Source: a virus
Taxonomy: Duplodnaviria; Caudoviricetes
DNA: 64,000 nt
IMG/VR virus record: IMGVR_UViG_3300029288_000005
Span: 29,024-93,023 of that record
Direction: 5' to 3' (one strand)
A program made the position numbers and the translations under genes. Shown here piece by piece: positions 9,483 to 18,365 of this stretch. The notes beneath the pieces were generated by a model. It was not told the DNA's origin. It was given only the letters and a program-made list of their open reading frames with translations, and ran no database searches. Within the stretch, counting starts at the first letter, position 1. Every line of letters starts with the position of its first letter.

Positions 9483-10276
9483 GTATGGTAGATATTAGTG
9501 AAGTCCTGTTAGATTTGGGTCTCTCAGACTCAGTTACAGATGAGGAGCGGGCTATTGTTTCGACTTCTATCAGAAGAGCTGAAGCGGCTATTAAAAGGTT
9601 CCTGGGGTATGATCCATATTGGAAGACCAGGACTGAATACTATCCACAACGAGACTTCTCTATGAGTTATGGTGCCTATGTATGGGAGGTCAACGATACA
9701 CAAGCCTATCAAAGGCACTTATCTGAAGCTGTATCCGATGTACTGATAGTGCAGCACTTGCCTATAAGAAGCATCACTTCCCTATACATTGATTATGATG
9801 GTCGAGCAGGAGCGAGAACAGGATCGTTTTCAGAGGAATCGAAAAAGACTGAAGGTGTTGATTACTGGCCAGACTACAATATGGTGGACGATGATGGAAA
9901 TAATATGTGCTTAAGTGGTATGATAAGGAGTGAGGGGATGTGGCCCTCCAAGCCAGGAACCGTGAAGATCGTTTATACTTCAGGATATACAGCTAAGGAA
10001 TTGAGAGGGCAGTGTTCAGTGGTGGATACTACTGTATTACTGGAGGCAACTGTGGACGAGGCTGTTCGCAGAGCCAAGAAAGTCTTTCTGACAAAGAAAC
10101 AAACTGGTAGGGGATTCATTGCAGGAACCATGACCAGTGAGAGTTTGGGTGATTACAGTTATAGTATAGAGGGATCCTCAGCAGCCAGTCAGTTTGGTGG
10201 TCAGTATGATCTATTGGGATCAACCATGGAGAAACTCAATGACTTTGTGAATTGGGGATATAGAATTGCCGGTTGA
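9479..10276 (+). CDS. Head-tail connector/adaptor (gp6/gp15-like)
   Basis: AEAAIKRFLGY, PIRSITSL, VKIVYTSGY and SESLGDYSYS motifs. Confidence 0.75.
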   Translation: MSMVDISEVLLDLGLSDSVTDEERAIVSTSIRRAEAAIKRFLGYDPYWKTRTEYYPQRDFSMSYGAYVWEVNDTQAYQRHLSEAVSDVLIVQHLPIRSITSLYIDYDGRAGARTGSFSEESKKTEGVDYWPDYNMVDDDGNNMCLSGMIRSEGMWPSKPGTVKIVYTSGYTAKELRGQCSVVDTTVLLEATVDEAVRRAKKVFLTKKQTGRGFIAGTMTSESLGDYSYSIEGSSAASQFGGQYDLLGSTMEKLNDFVNWGYRIAG

Positions 10277-10979
10277 AATAAGATTTGGTATTGTTTTGAC
10301 GTATAAGTGCAACATGGCTTGCAAGGGCTGTAATAGGTTCTTGGATGTAAGGCCATGGGAAGACTCTGATATTACGTTGGATGGATTGGTTGAGGGATAT
10401 AATAGGGTACAGGCAACTGGATTGGTTATCCACAAGTGCCGGGTCTCGGGAGGGGAGCCTCTGCTACATCCCAGATTTGTTGATTGCATGACTATTATAC
10501 AATCAATGTGGAACCAGAACTATGGTGGGCGTACTTGTGTATTTACAAATGGAAAACTCAACAGACCAGAGCCAGCGGGATGGCGTTACAATGTGTCAAC
10601 CAGTGATGGGAAAAGTTACTACTTCCACCCTCCTATGATATCGCCGTATGATCTTGGTATGGAACCACTACAAGGTATGACAATAGCTTGTAGAAGGCAG
10701 TTGGGGTGTGGGAGATTGTTTGATGCCTTTGGTTTCTCTTTCTGCGTGTTTGCTGGAGCCATTGGTAGATTGTTGGGAGTAGATCCTTACAGTCCCACAC
10801 CAGTTGTAGAAGGCATATACGATATCTGTAAGCACTGCGTTTTCTCTCAGGGAATTAAGAAGGCGTTTGTGCTGTTTGATGCAGCAAACAATGGGGAAAT
10901 AGAGTATCCCACAAAGTCTTACCAGTCGGCACTGGAGAAAAAGCAAAATTTTCAGTTAAAGAGGTTTTTTGAAAGATGA
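10266..10979 (+). CDS. Radical SAM protein
   Basis: CNMACKGC (CxxxCxxC), SGGEPLLHP, FTNG, extra C-terminal Cys. Confidence 0.9.
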   Translation: MPVEIRFGIVLTYKCNMACKGCNRFLDVRPWEDSDITLDGLVEGYNRVQATGLVIHKCRVSGGEPLLHPRFVDCMTIIQSMWNQNYGGRTCVFTNGKLNRPEPAGWRYNVSTSDGKSYYFHPPMISPYDLGMEPLQGMTIACRRQLGCGRLFDAFGFSFCVFAGAIGRLLGVDPYSPTPVVEGIYDICKHCVFSQGIKKAFVLFDAANNGEIEYPTKSYQSALEKKQNFQLKRFFER

Positions 10980-11128
10980 AAAAACAAACACTCATTACTG
11001 TACTCAAAGAAACAGCAGAAACTTTAAGAGGAATAAAGTTTAATCCTTACCATGACTCCCTAGGACGTTTTGGAACTGGTGGAGGTGGTCCTAAGTTGGC
11101 TCCTGATACAGGAGGAGGTACTGGAGGT
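10976..11128 (+). repeat. Dispersed leader cassette, copy 2 (full)
   Basis: MKKQTLITVLKETAETLRGIKFNPYHDSLGRFGTGGGGPKLAPDTGGGTGG. Confidence 0.95.
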
Positions 11129-11799
11129 ACACGTTCAAATATAGTTGAATTGGAGCAAAAACAAATATCAGATGAACTTGAAGATCAAACTGATGAATGG
11201 GAGGAAATGCTTTTTGAAGATGCAAGAAAGGCCAATTTGAAACATGGTGTTCCTACTATGGCGGAATCGATAAATAAATGGGTGGGTATAGTAGAGCTTT
11301 TAGAAAACATATAGCCGAAGAGAATTTTGACGACGAAATAGGGGAGGAGGCAAAGCTATTTATGAAAGCCCTGAAGTTGGCCCCTGACTATAAAGGTGAG
11401 GTGTATAGAGGATTGAAAGCTGATTCTAACCAAGCAAACACTATATTGAAAGCCATAAAGTCTAAAGCTGAGTATTGGCAGGAGAAAGCTCCTATGTCTT
11501 GCTCTTTGGATCCTGAAATTGCAATAAAGTTTGCTGGTGCTCGCAAGGATAAACCGTCTGAGTATGAAGTTCTGCTCAAAATCAAAACTAAATCAGGCAA
11601 GTACCTGGGTTCTTTGAATGAAGGGGGGGAGGAAGAAATCATCGCTATGCCCAAAAAGTACAAAATCAAATCCGCGCTTAGGCAACAGGAGGCCAATATA
11701 CATGTTAGATCGGTTTATGGGGACGAAGAGGGAATTGAAAAACCTATTTTGAAGACAAAAGTAACTTTTGATTACATTATTGAACTGGAGGAAGTCTAA
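10976..11799 (+). pseudogene. Leader-cassette protein 2: ADP-ribosyltransferase, split by a -1 frameshift near 11280 (ORFs 10976-11314 and 11278-11799)
   Basis: Full leader; the second frame carries VYRGL, MSCSLD and GGEEEII (R-S-E ART motifs); the frames join at tgggtgggtat. Confidence 0.7.
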
Positions 11800-11942
11800 T
11801 GTCAAAGCAAAAACACAGAATGGACTTGACCATGGAGGAGGCCCTAGATACCGTAGAGCTACTTGACGAGGATGGCAACGTCATTGACTTGGGCACTGCC
11901 CAAGAGAAGACAGAGGAAACTAAGAAAACAGATGAAGAGTAA
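11799..11942 (+). CDS. 47-aa acidic peptide downstream of ART (putative inhibitor)
   Basis: TAATG overlap with the ART stop, GGAGG upstream; MSKQKHRMDLTMEEALDTVELLDEDGNVIDLG...; below the ORF-track length cutoff. Confidence 0.6.
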   Translation: MSKQKHRMDLTMEEALDTVELLDEDGNVIDLGTAQEKTEETKKTDEE

Positions 11943-11992
11943 TTGTGATGAAAAACAAACGCTCAGTGTTAGCAAACTAACAAAGGATGAGA

Positions 11993-12334
11993 ATGAGCAT
12001 ATTAGAAAACCTTCCACATAAATGTTCTGCCTATCTGAAGACCTGTACACAAGGATCTATGGGCGGGGGAAAGGATGCTCTATCTTTGGTCTTCTCGGAT
12101 CGAGACTGTTGGAGACAGCCTGCTGGGGACAGTGAACAGGAGTTGGCGTTAAAAAAGGGAATAGATATTACACACAAGGTGTATTTTGTTGAAAATCCAT
12201 CGTTGGACAACCGACATGTACTGGTATTTTCCGATGGGACGTACGATGTAACAAGCAGACCATTTCCTGATGCTACCCTAGGTCTTAGTATTGTGTGGAA
12301 GGTAATGGTCAACCACAACTCTGCAAAGGATTGA
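11993..12334 (+). CDS. Head closure/stopper protein (SPP1 gp16-like)
   Basis: About 113 aa beta-barrel pattern, GSMGG loop, ITHKVYF, GTYDV. Confidence 0.6.
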   Translation: MSILENLPHKCSAYLKTCTQGSMGGGKDALSLVFSDRDCWRQPAGDSEQELALKKGIDITHKVYFVENPSLDNRHVLVFSDGTYDVTSRPFPDATLGLSIVWKVMVNHNSAKD

Positions 12335-12339
12335 TTATT

Positions 12340-12693
12340 ATGAAAGTTGTCTGTAAAAATCTTGAAGCTTTTAAGAAGAACCTCACTAGTGCAAGAGATC
12401 TTATAGAAGACTCAATCTTTAACTCTACTGTATGGGTAGATACTAGTGAGGTTCTGCAAGGAGAGTTTGGGCAATCTGTCAAATACCTTATAATCTTACA
12501 AATGGGGGCAATAAAGATCTTCCCAAACGGAGGAGAGGCTTTGGTAGAATGTGGAATAGAGTGTGGTTATGACTTCAGAGACGCCACGCAAGATTATGAG
12601 GGAACTGAGAAGGCAGAAGACCTGAAGAAAGAGCTAACTGTATTCTGTGAAGAACAAGGCTTTACGTTGAAGCCTGGTATGTTGTATGAGTAA
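12340..12693 (+). CDS. Hypothetical protein
   Basis: ORF with AAGGA RBS. Confidence 0.6.
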   Translation: MKVVCKNLEAFKKNLTSARDLIEDSIFNSTVWVDTSEVLQGEFGQSVKYLIILQMGAIKIFPNGGEALVECGIECGYDFRDATQDYEGTEKAEDLKKELTVFCEEQGFTLKPGMLYE

Positions 12694-12713
12694 CCTAAAA
12701 GGAGAACCGAAAG

Positions 12714-13190
12714 ATGTTAGAACATCAAGACAAGAAACAAGCCACCACTCATTTTATTTCTGAGTTCAAAAAAAAGACTGAGAAGTGTGATGGTTTTTTA
12801 GGTTTCGTAGTTGTGCGAAACCAAGACAAGTTGGAGTTGTGTGTTCGAACAACTCACAACTTTATGCGAAACGACTTCGTTGCAGTGATTGCACTTCTTG
12901 CTGAGAATTTGCAATCTGAGTTGGTTGAGACTAGGGGCATTGGCATGGGTGTGCCCGGTGGGGAAACTCCACAGCCACCCAAACCTCTACCTAGAGTAGA
13001 TAGAGAAGAGCTTCTAAAGTCAATCTTTCCCACCCAACGTTTGCAGGAGAACGAGGCGCCTGGGTTCAACAAGAAACCTTTTGATATCCACGAGGGACCA
13101 ACAAGACTCCCTCAGCAGATTGACAATCCCTTTAACCAGCAGGAAGATAATACCCCTAAGCAAGAAGACAAACCGGGGGAAGTGCAATGA
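12714..13190 (+). CDS. Hypothetical protein
   Basis: AAGGAG RBS; Pro/Gln-rich disordered C-terminal half. Confidence 0.65.
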   Translation: MLEHQDKKQATTHFISEFKKKTEKCDGFLGFVVVRNQDKLELCVRTTHNFMRNDFVAVIALLAENLQSELVETRGIGMGVPGGETPQPPKPLPRVDREELLKSIFPTQRLQENEAPGFNKKPFDIHEGPTRLPQQIDNPFNQQEDNTPKQEDKPGEVQ

Positions 13191-13564
13191 AGTGGTTGGA
13201 ATATCTAGGAATACGTTTCAAGTTGCATAGAATCTCTAAAGCTCGACAGATGGCAGAAGCCTGGCAGAAAGAAGCAAAGTGTCTGCTAAGAAACTTAGAG
13301 AAAAAAGAAGAATTGTTGTTACTAGAGTCCTCAACTCTCAAACGTTTGGTTGAAGACGTAGAGAACAACATTCGAGAAATTAAGTCGTTAAGTGCCAAGT
13401 ATGAAGTGTCTCTGGAAGCGTTGAGGAATGAGAATAAGGTAATGGCTGAGGTGACCATACCAGCTCTAACTTCAGCGTGTCAACTGGGACTTGAGCGATG
13501 GAATGCGGAGACAGCAATACAAGTGAGAAGGCAAATACTGCCCGAGTCAAAAAGTAAGGAGTAG
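13187..13564 (+). CDS. Coiled-coil protein
   Basis: ATGA overlap; heptad pattern. Confidence 0.6.
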   Translation: MKWLEYLGIRFKLHRISKARQMAEAWQKEAKCLLRNLEKKEELLLLESSTLKRLVEDVENNIREIKSLSAKYEVSLEALRNENKVMAEVTIPALTSACQLGLERWNAETAIQVRRQILPESKSKE

Positions 13565-13569
13565 TGTGT

Positions 13570-15144
13570 ATGAACGCTCTAGTAGAATCACTCAACACAA
13601 GAAAAGCTTTTATTTCAACTGTAAGAAATCAAGCAATTGAAATGAAGGCTTCTGGTATTACACTAGATATTGGTGGGGAGGGTACCCTCAGTTCACTGAA
13701 CGAGTGGCAAAGCAGATCAAAGTACTCCCAACGATATGCTCTGTGTCGAGGCATTGTCTACTCAGCGGTAAATGCACTCGCTTCCGAAGGGGCTTCACAG
13801 CCCATAGAAGTAAAGCAACACACTAAGAAAAAGAAGCTACGTGGTACGAAGGCTGCTAAAGATGAGTTGGAAGTGTTGACTGAGCATGTACTAATAGACT
13901 GCTTTGAACGACCCAACCCTATACAGAACAAGTGGCAGTTCTTGTATTCGTTTATTGCAAATCTGGCACTCACTGGTTGGGCGTATATCATAGGAGAGGT
14001 AGACGAAGAGGACAAACCAGTCTTCTACAGCATCCCCACAACGTGGATAACACCAGACCATACAAAAGGACCGTTCGAATCTTTCAAACTACAAAATCCA
14101 CACAAGCCCGGATCTGCTTCAGAGATGTTGGATAAGCGGAACGTGGGATTTGCTTACTTGCCTGATCCGTCGGACATTATGGGAGCACTTTCTCCTGCTT
14201 CTACGCAGTTGCCCGCTATCCAGTCCAACGATAACATCTGGCAGAGTAGGTTGCAGTTTTTTAAGAACGGTATTTTTCCGGGATCTTTGGTTACAGTTGG
14301 ATCTAATCCACACCCGGGAGTTCCTGCTGGTATACGACCAAGGTTAACAGGTGTGCAGAGGCAACAAGTATACAGCATGGTTAAGAAGTTAATGTCTGGA
14401 ATTGCAAACTACGGGGATCCAGCAATACTTGATGGGTTGATTGAAAAGATTGAACCGTTATCGATGAATAGCAAGGAGATGGGTTGGGAGAAGTCAGAAC
14501 CAGCAACCAAGGCAGCAATCCTCAGTGCTTTTTGTGTACATCCCTACATATTGGGAGAAGCAGTGAGCGTGGGAGGTTATGCTCAAGTAGCAAACATAGA
14601 GAAGAGGTTCTATAAGAGGGTCAATACATACTTGTCGATGTTTGATACATTGATGACTTGGTTTGTGCAAGATCTACTAGAGGACACTTCGTTAAAAGTG
14701 TGTGTGAAAGAATGTAACGCTAGTGACCCCACGTTGGATTGGGCTAACTGGAAGTATGCTCGAAGTAATGGTGATATTACACAGAATGAACTTCGAGAAA
14801 AGTTGGGCTTGCCCCCTGATGAAGATGATAATCAGAGCGCCATTGCACCACAACTATTAACACCAATCGTACAACTGTTGGCACAGAAGGCATCTGGTGC
14901 TATTACTGTTGAGCAGATAGAGAATATATTGGTGGGTCTGGGTCTACCAACCGACCTAGCCAAGAAGGTGGCTGGAAAGGACATGCCTCCTCAACAACCT
15001 GTAGAAGGTATGGAAAAACCTGGGAAATCCCCAGAAGAGAAACCTACTGAAACAGAGTTACTCAAAGAAGCAGTAAATCAGTTTAAGAGTTTGCCCGATA
15101 AAGAGATGGGTCGGTTAAAGTCTTTGTTGGAGATAATTGCATAG
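13570..15144 (+). CDS. Portal protein (HK97 family)
   Basis: VYSAVNALA, ERPNPIQ, LALTGWAY, FFKNGIFPG, ILSAFCVHPYILG, ITQNELREKLGLPP. Confidence 0.92.
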   Translation: MNALVESLNTRKAFISTVRNQAIEMKASGITLDIGGEGTLSSLNEWQSRSKYSQRYALCRGIVYSAVNALASEGASQPIEVKQHTKKKKLRGTKAAKDELEVLTEHVLIDCFERPNPIQNKWQFLYSFIANLALTGWAYIIGEVDEEDKPVFYSIPTTWITPDHTKGPFESFKLQNPHKPGSASEMLDKRNVGFAYLPDPSDIMGALSPASTQLPAIQSNDNIWQSRLQFFKNGIFPGSLVTVGSNPHPGVPAGIRPRLTGVQRQQVYSMVKKLMSGIANYGDPAILDGLIEKIEPLSMNSKEMGWEKSEPATKAAILSAFCVHPYILGEAVSVGGYAQVANIEKRFYKRVNTYLSMFDTLMTWFVQDLLEDTSLKVCVKECNASDPTLDWANWKYARSNGDITQNELREKLGLPPDEDDNQSAIAPQLLTPIVQLLAQKASGAITVEQIENILVGLGLPTDLAKKVAGKDMPPQQPVEGMEKPGKSPEEKPTETELLKEAVNQFKSLPDKEMGRLKSLLEIIA

Positions 15145-15303
15145 ATGAAAAAACAAACACTTATCACTGTACTCAAAGAAACAGCAGAAACTTTGAGGGG
15201 AATAAAGTTCAACCCTTACCACGACTCAGAAGGTAGATTCTCTACAGGCTCGGGATCTGGTGCCCACATGGCTCCTGATACAGGAGGAGGCACTGGTGGT
15301 GGA
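15145..15303 (+). repeat. Dispersed leader cassette, copy 3 (full)
   Basis: MKKQTLITVLKETAETLRGIKFNPYHDSEGRFSTGSGSGAHMAPDTGGGTGGG. Confidence 0.95.
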
Positions 15304-16362
15304 AGTAAGTTGGAAGAAAGAAAATTCTCTGATGAACATGTTAATAAACTTGCAAAAGCATGGAAGAATCTGAGCAAGAAAAAGTCAGAGGCTGAATTGG
15401 CTAAGTTGGGGGAGGCTGATAGATTAGAGTTAGCAAAAAAAATCTCATGGGATTTTCATAGGTACAAACCAGAAAGAAAAGAAGAGGTGTGGAAAACTCT
15501 AGGTGATTTAGAAAAGAGTGAGATTATAAAAACACAATCTGCTTTTTGGAATGATCTTAGTGATGCAAAAAAATCAGAGCTACTGGGTGTAATGAACAAT
15601 AAAGAAAAAGAGGAGTTGATAAGTGGTGGAAAGCGTGTTAAAGAGGAGATGGAGAAGTTTAATCAAAAGATTCAAAATAAGGTGGATGTAATACATTCTC
15701 AGGAAGCACAACGAATTAAAGAATCAGAAGATAAATTGATGCCTAGTAAATCAGATTTACTAGATAGACAGAAGGCGAGGGTTCGAATAGATCCTGAAGA
15801 AGGCAGTTTTGATACGTTGGCGGTTTTGCAGAAAAGAAATTACACTAAGAATGTTAGTGATGCTGCTAAAAGTGGATTTACTGAATATTCAAGGAGTGAA
15901 CAAAGTAGAAAAATAAATGGTGCTCTGCGAAAGGGAAAATCTGTAGAAGAAATAAGTCCTGAGATTGCAGAGTTGCAAAAAGCATGTAAATCCCCACTAG
16001 AATCACCCATGATTGTTTATCGAGGAATTGATTCTAAGTTTGCGAGTGAAAATTTTAAGAAAAACACTGTGTATGAAGCCAAAGGATTTGTCTCAACATC
16101 AATGAATCTGGGACAAGCTGTTCGATTTGGAATGGAAGGACTAGCTAAAGAACCTGTAGGAAGCCAAAAAGCTGTTGCAGTCATGGAAATAAAAGCAAAG
16201 AGTGGGTTTTTGGCTGCTCCGGGAGCAGGTGTGCACTCTGGGGAATATGAGGTTTTACAGGCACATAATACACAATACAAGTTAATAGGCATTGATAATA
16301 GTGTTCCTTTACACAGGGGAAGCAGTGAAAATTTAGTAGTTTATATGTTCGAGGAGGTATAA
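15145..16362 (+). CDS. Leader-cassette protein 3: VIP2/Alt-like ADP-ribosyltransferase
   Basis: Full leader; INGALRKG, IVYRGID, FVSTSMN, GEYEVL (R-STS-ExE). Confidence 0.88.
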   Translation: MKKQTLITVLKETAETLRGIKFNPYHDSEGRFSTGSGSGAHMAPDTGGGTGGGSKLEERKFSDEHVNKLAKAWKNLSKKKSEAELAKLGEADRLELAKKISWDFHRYKPERKEEVWKTLGDLEKSEIIKTQSAFWNDLSDAKKSELLGVMNNKEKEELISGGKRVKEEMEKFNQKIQNKVDVIHSQEAQRIKESEDKLMPSKSDLLDRQKARVRIDPEEGSFDTLAVLQKRNYTKNVSDAAKSGFTEYSRSEQSRKINGALRKGKSVEEISPEIAELQKACKSPLESPMIVYRGIDSKFASENFKKNTVYEAKGFVSTSMNLGQAVRFGMEGLAKEPVGSQKAVAVMEIKAKSGFLAAPGAGVHSGEYEVLQAHNTQYKLIGIDNSVPLHRGSSENLVVYMFEEV

Positions 16363-16364
16363 AG

Positions 16365-16502
16365 ATGAAAAAAGACGAGAAAAAACCAGAGAATAACGAA
16401 GACAGGAAAGTGCGAGCAGAGAGGTTCTACGAAGACGAACCTGATGCGTTTGTTATAGTGAAGCCAAAGAAACAAGATGACAAGCAAAGAAACAAAAAGT
16501 AA
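16365..16502 (+). CDS. 45-aa charged peptide downstream of ART (putative inhibitor)
   Basis: GAGGAGG RBS; MKKDEKKPENNEDRKVRAERFYEDEPDAFVIVKPKK...; below the ORF-track length cutoff. Confidence 0.6.
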   Translation: MKKDEKKPENNEDRKVRAERFYEDEPDAFVIVKPKKQDDKQRNKK

Positions 16503-17514
16503 AATAGTTTCTACGTTAGTTGAAACTACTACTCTAGCATTGAAACTAAAGACCAACCTCCTGCAAAAACAGATACGCAGGAAGGTTACAGATAAGGTTC
16601 ACAAGTTACAGGTTGCTAAGGTGGAGAACAAGCTAGCGAAAGCCCTAGAACCAGTGTTCAAACAAGAGCTGCTAAAGTCTGCTGATAGGTTACGGGAGAT
16701 TGTACCACAAGAGAAAGCAAAAGCCAATCCCGTAGCAGAAGCCATAACAGCACAGGTTCTGTCCCATGACCAGGAATTGAAGAATAAGGTAGTCGATGCT
16801 GCTGTTCCCATTCTGGCAGTAGAGATGCTAAAGTCCATGAAGATGGTATTTGTGGAGAATGGTAGAAAAGACATCAGAAACATCCAACAGAAGTTCAACC
16901 CCCATCATGACTCTCTAGGTCGTTTTGCTACTGGTTCAGGCTCAGGCGCCCACATGGCTCCTGATACCGGCGGTGGTACGGGTGGAGGTTCCCTCTTGGT
17001 AGGATCCAGTCAAAGAAACAAAGACGAGCTGTATAAGGAATATCGGGAAGTTTATAAAGAGAAAAAGGGAACAGATCCTAAAAATAATGAAAATTTGGTA
17101 AAAATTGCAGGTGTGAAAATAGTTTGTCCTGGGAATATAAAAAGCACCGCAGAAAGAATGTTGGCCCATGTTATTGCAGACAGCAAAACTTTGATGGATG
17201 GGTTATCGGGAGTGACTGTAACTGTAAAAAACATGGGCCAGCTTTATGGCCAGAGCAAGGGAAACAATCTTTTTGTAGATGAGAAGGTGGTAAAGGAAAA
17301 GGGAGCTGGATTTGGAGCTTCAATTGTAAGGCATGAATTGGAGCATACTTTTCTTACAAGAAAAAAGGTACCATCAGGAAAACAAGAGCCCAGAGTACGT
17401 GCAGTAACAGGCATGTTTGCTGTTGCAAAGTATAGTAGTATGGCAAAAACAAATCCTGCTGATGCAGAAGGGTTTTTGGCAGCAGCAAAAGCTTCTGGAG
17501 TTAAGATAAGATGA
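16477..17514 (+). CDS. MuF-like N-terminal helical region + cassette + HExxH metallopeptidase cargo
   Basis: Helical ENKLAKALEPVFKQE region; internal KFNPHHDSLGRF...GGGTGGG at 16891-16989; C-terminal SIVRHELEHTFL...QE. Confidence 0.7.
   Translation: MTSKETKSKIVSTLVETTTLALKLKTNLLQKQIRRKVTDKVHKLQVAKVENKLAKALEPVFKQELLKSADRLREIVPQEKAKANPVAEAITAQVLSHDQELKNKVVDAAVPILAVEMLKSMKMVFVENGRKDIRNIQQKFNPHHDSLGRFATGSGSGAHMAPDTGGGTGGGSLLVGSSQRNKDELYKEYREVYKEKKGTDPKNNENLVKIAGVKIVCPGNIKSTAERMLAHVIADSKTLMDGLSGVTVTVKNMGQLYGQSKGNNLFVDEKVVKEKGAGFGASIVRHELEHTFLTRKKVPSGKQEPRVRAVTGMFAVAKYSSMAKTNPADAEGFLAAAKASGVKIR
16891..16989 (+). repeat. Dispersed cassette, copy 4 (internal, from K-FNP)
   Basis: KFNPHHDSLGRFATGSGSGAHMAPDTGGGTGGG. 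Confidence 0.95.
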
Positions 17515-18365
17515 GTTATAGTTGGCCTTGTTTATTTGCAGATCTTGATAAAGATTCCATCGAGTTACCAAATGGATGGAAGCCATTGAAACCGCTTGAT
17601 AAAGAGGGCGGTTCTATGTATACAAGAGCAGAAGAAAATGAAAAACAAACACTACTAAAAGCACTCAAAGAAACAGCTGAAACTCTGAGAACTATCAAGT
17701 TCAATCCTTACCACGATTCTTTAGGTAGATTCGCTACAGGTGGGTCGGGAGGAGCTGGTAGGAACTTACAACTATCTCGTGATATATTGGAGCAAACACA
17801 GAAGGATCTTAGGGAACGGAGTTTTCTAGTAGATCGAGATGGAAAAGTTGTATCTGATGTTAGTATTGGGGAAAAAGAAGAGAACGTACTAGAGTCAGGG
17901 GTGGATAGACCATATACAGAGAGTAACAATACCGAGGGGGCGGACTTAAATCTGATACATACACATCCCATTCATACTGATGAAGAAAACCCATATACGG
18001 GATTGGGTGTGGGGGATGTTCTGAGTCTCAAGAATTCTCCTGGTATAAACAGCATTACAGCCATTGATTTAGATGGTCGTGTTCATTCCATAACAAGGGC
18101 CAGTGATGATAAGGAGTTTTTGAAAAAGTACTGGCTTAGATCGGGGGAAATTGAATCGGATCTGCGGTCTAAGATAATCGACGAATTTATTGAGAACAAG
18201 ATAACAAAAGAAGAAGCCAATAGAAAGAAACGACTAATACCCAAAGATTTGATAAAGCAGCTTCTTAAAGAGGGTTTGTTATCAAAGGAAGAGGAATGGG
18301 ATTTGTTGGATGGGAATAAATCTTACAGTCTGAAGTTTAATAACAGTGGAACAGTAAATGCCTAG
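17511..18365 (+). CDS. Short N-terminal peptide fused to leader cassette + JAB/MPN-like cargo
   Basis: KQTLLKALKETAETLRTIKFNPYHDSLGRF at 17643; RERSFLV...LIHTHP...GLGVGD (E, HxH, D; the usual Ser is Gly). Confidence 0.6.
   Translation: MSYSWPCLFADLDKDSIELPNGWKPLKPLDKEGGSMYTRAEENEKQTLLKALKETAETLRTIKFNPYHDSLGRFATGGSGGAGRNLQLSRDILEQTQKDLRERSFLVDRDGKVVSDVSIGEKEENVLESGVDRPYTESNNTEGADLNLIHTHPIHTDEENPYTGLGVGDVLSLKNSPGINSITAIDLDGRVHSITRASDDKEFLKKYWLRSGEIESDLRSKIIDEFIENKITKEEANRKKRLIPKDLIKQLLKEGLLSKEEEWDLLDGNKSYSLKFNNSGTVNA
17643..17753 (+). repeat. Dispersed leader cassette, copy 5 (divergent)
   Basis: KQTLLKALKETAETLRTIKFNPYHDSLGRFATGGSGG. Confidence 0.9.
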
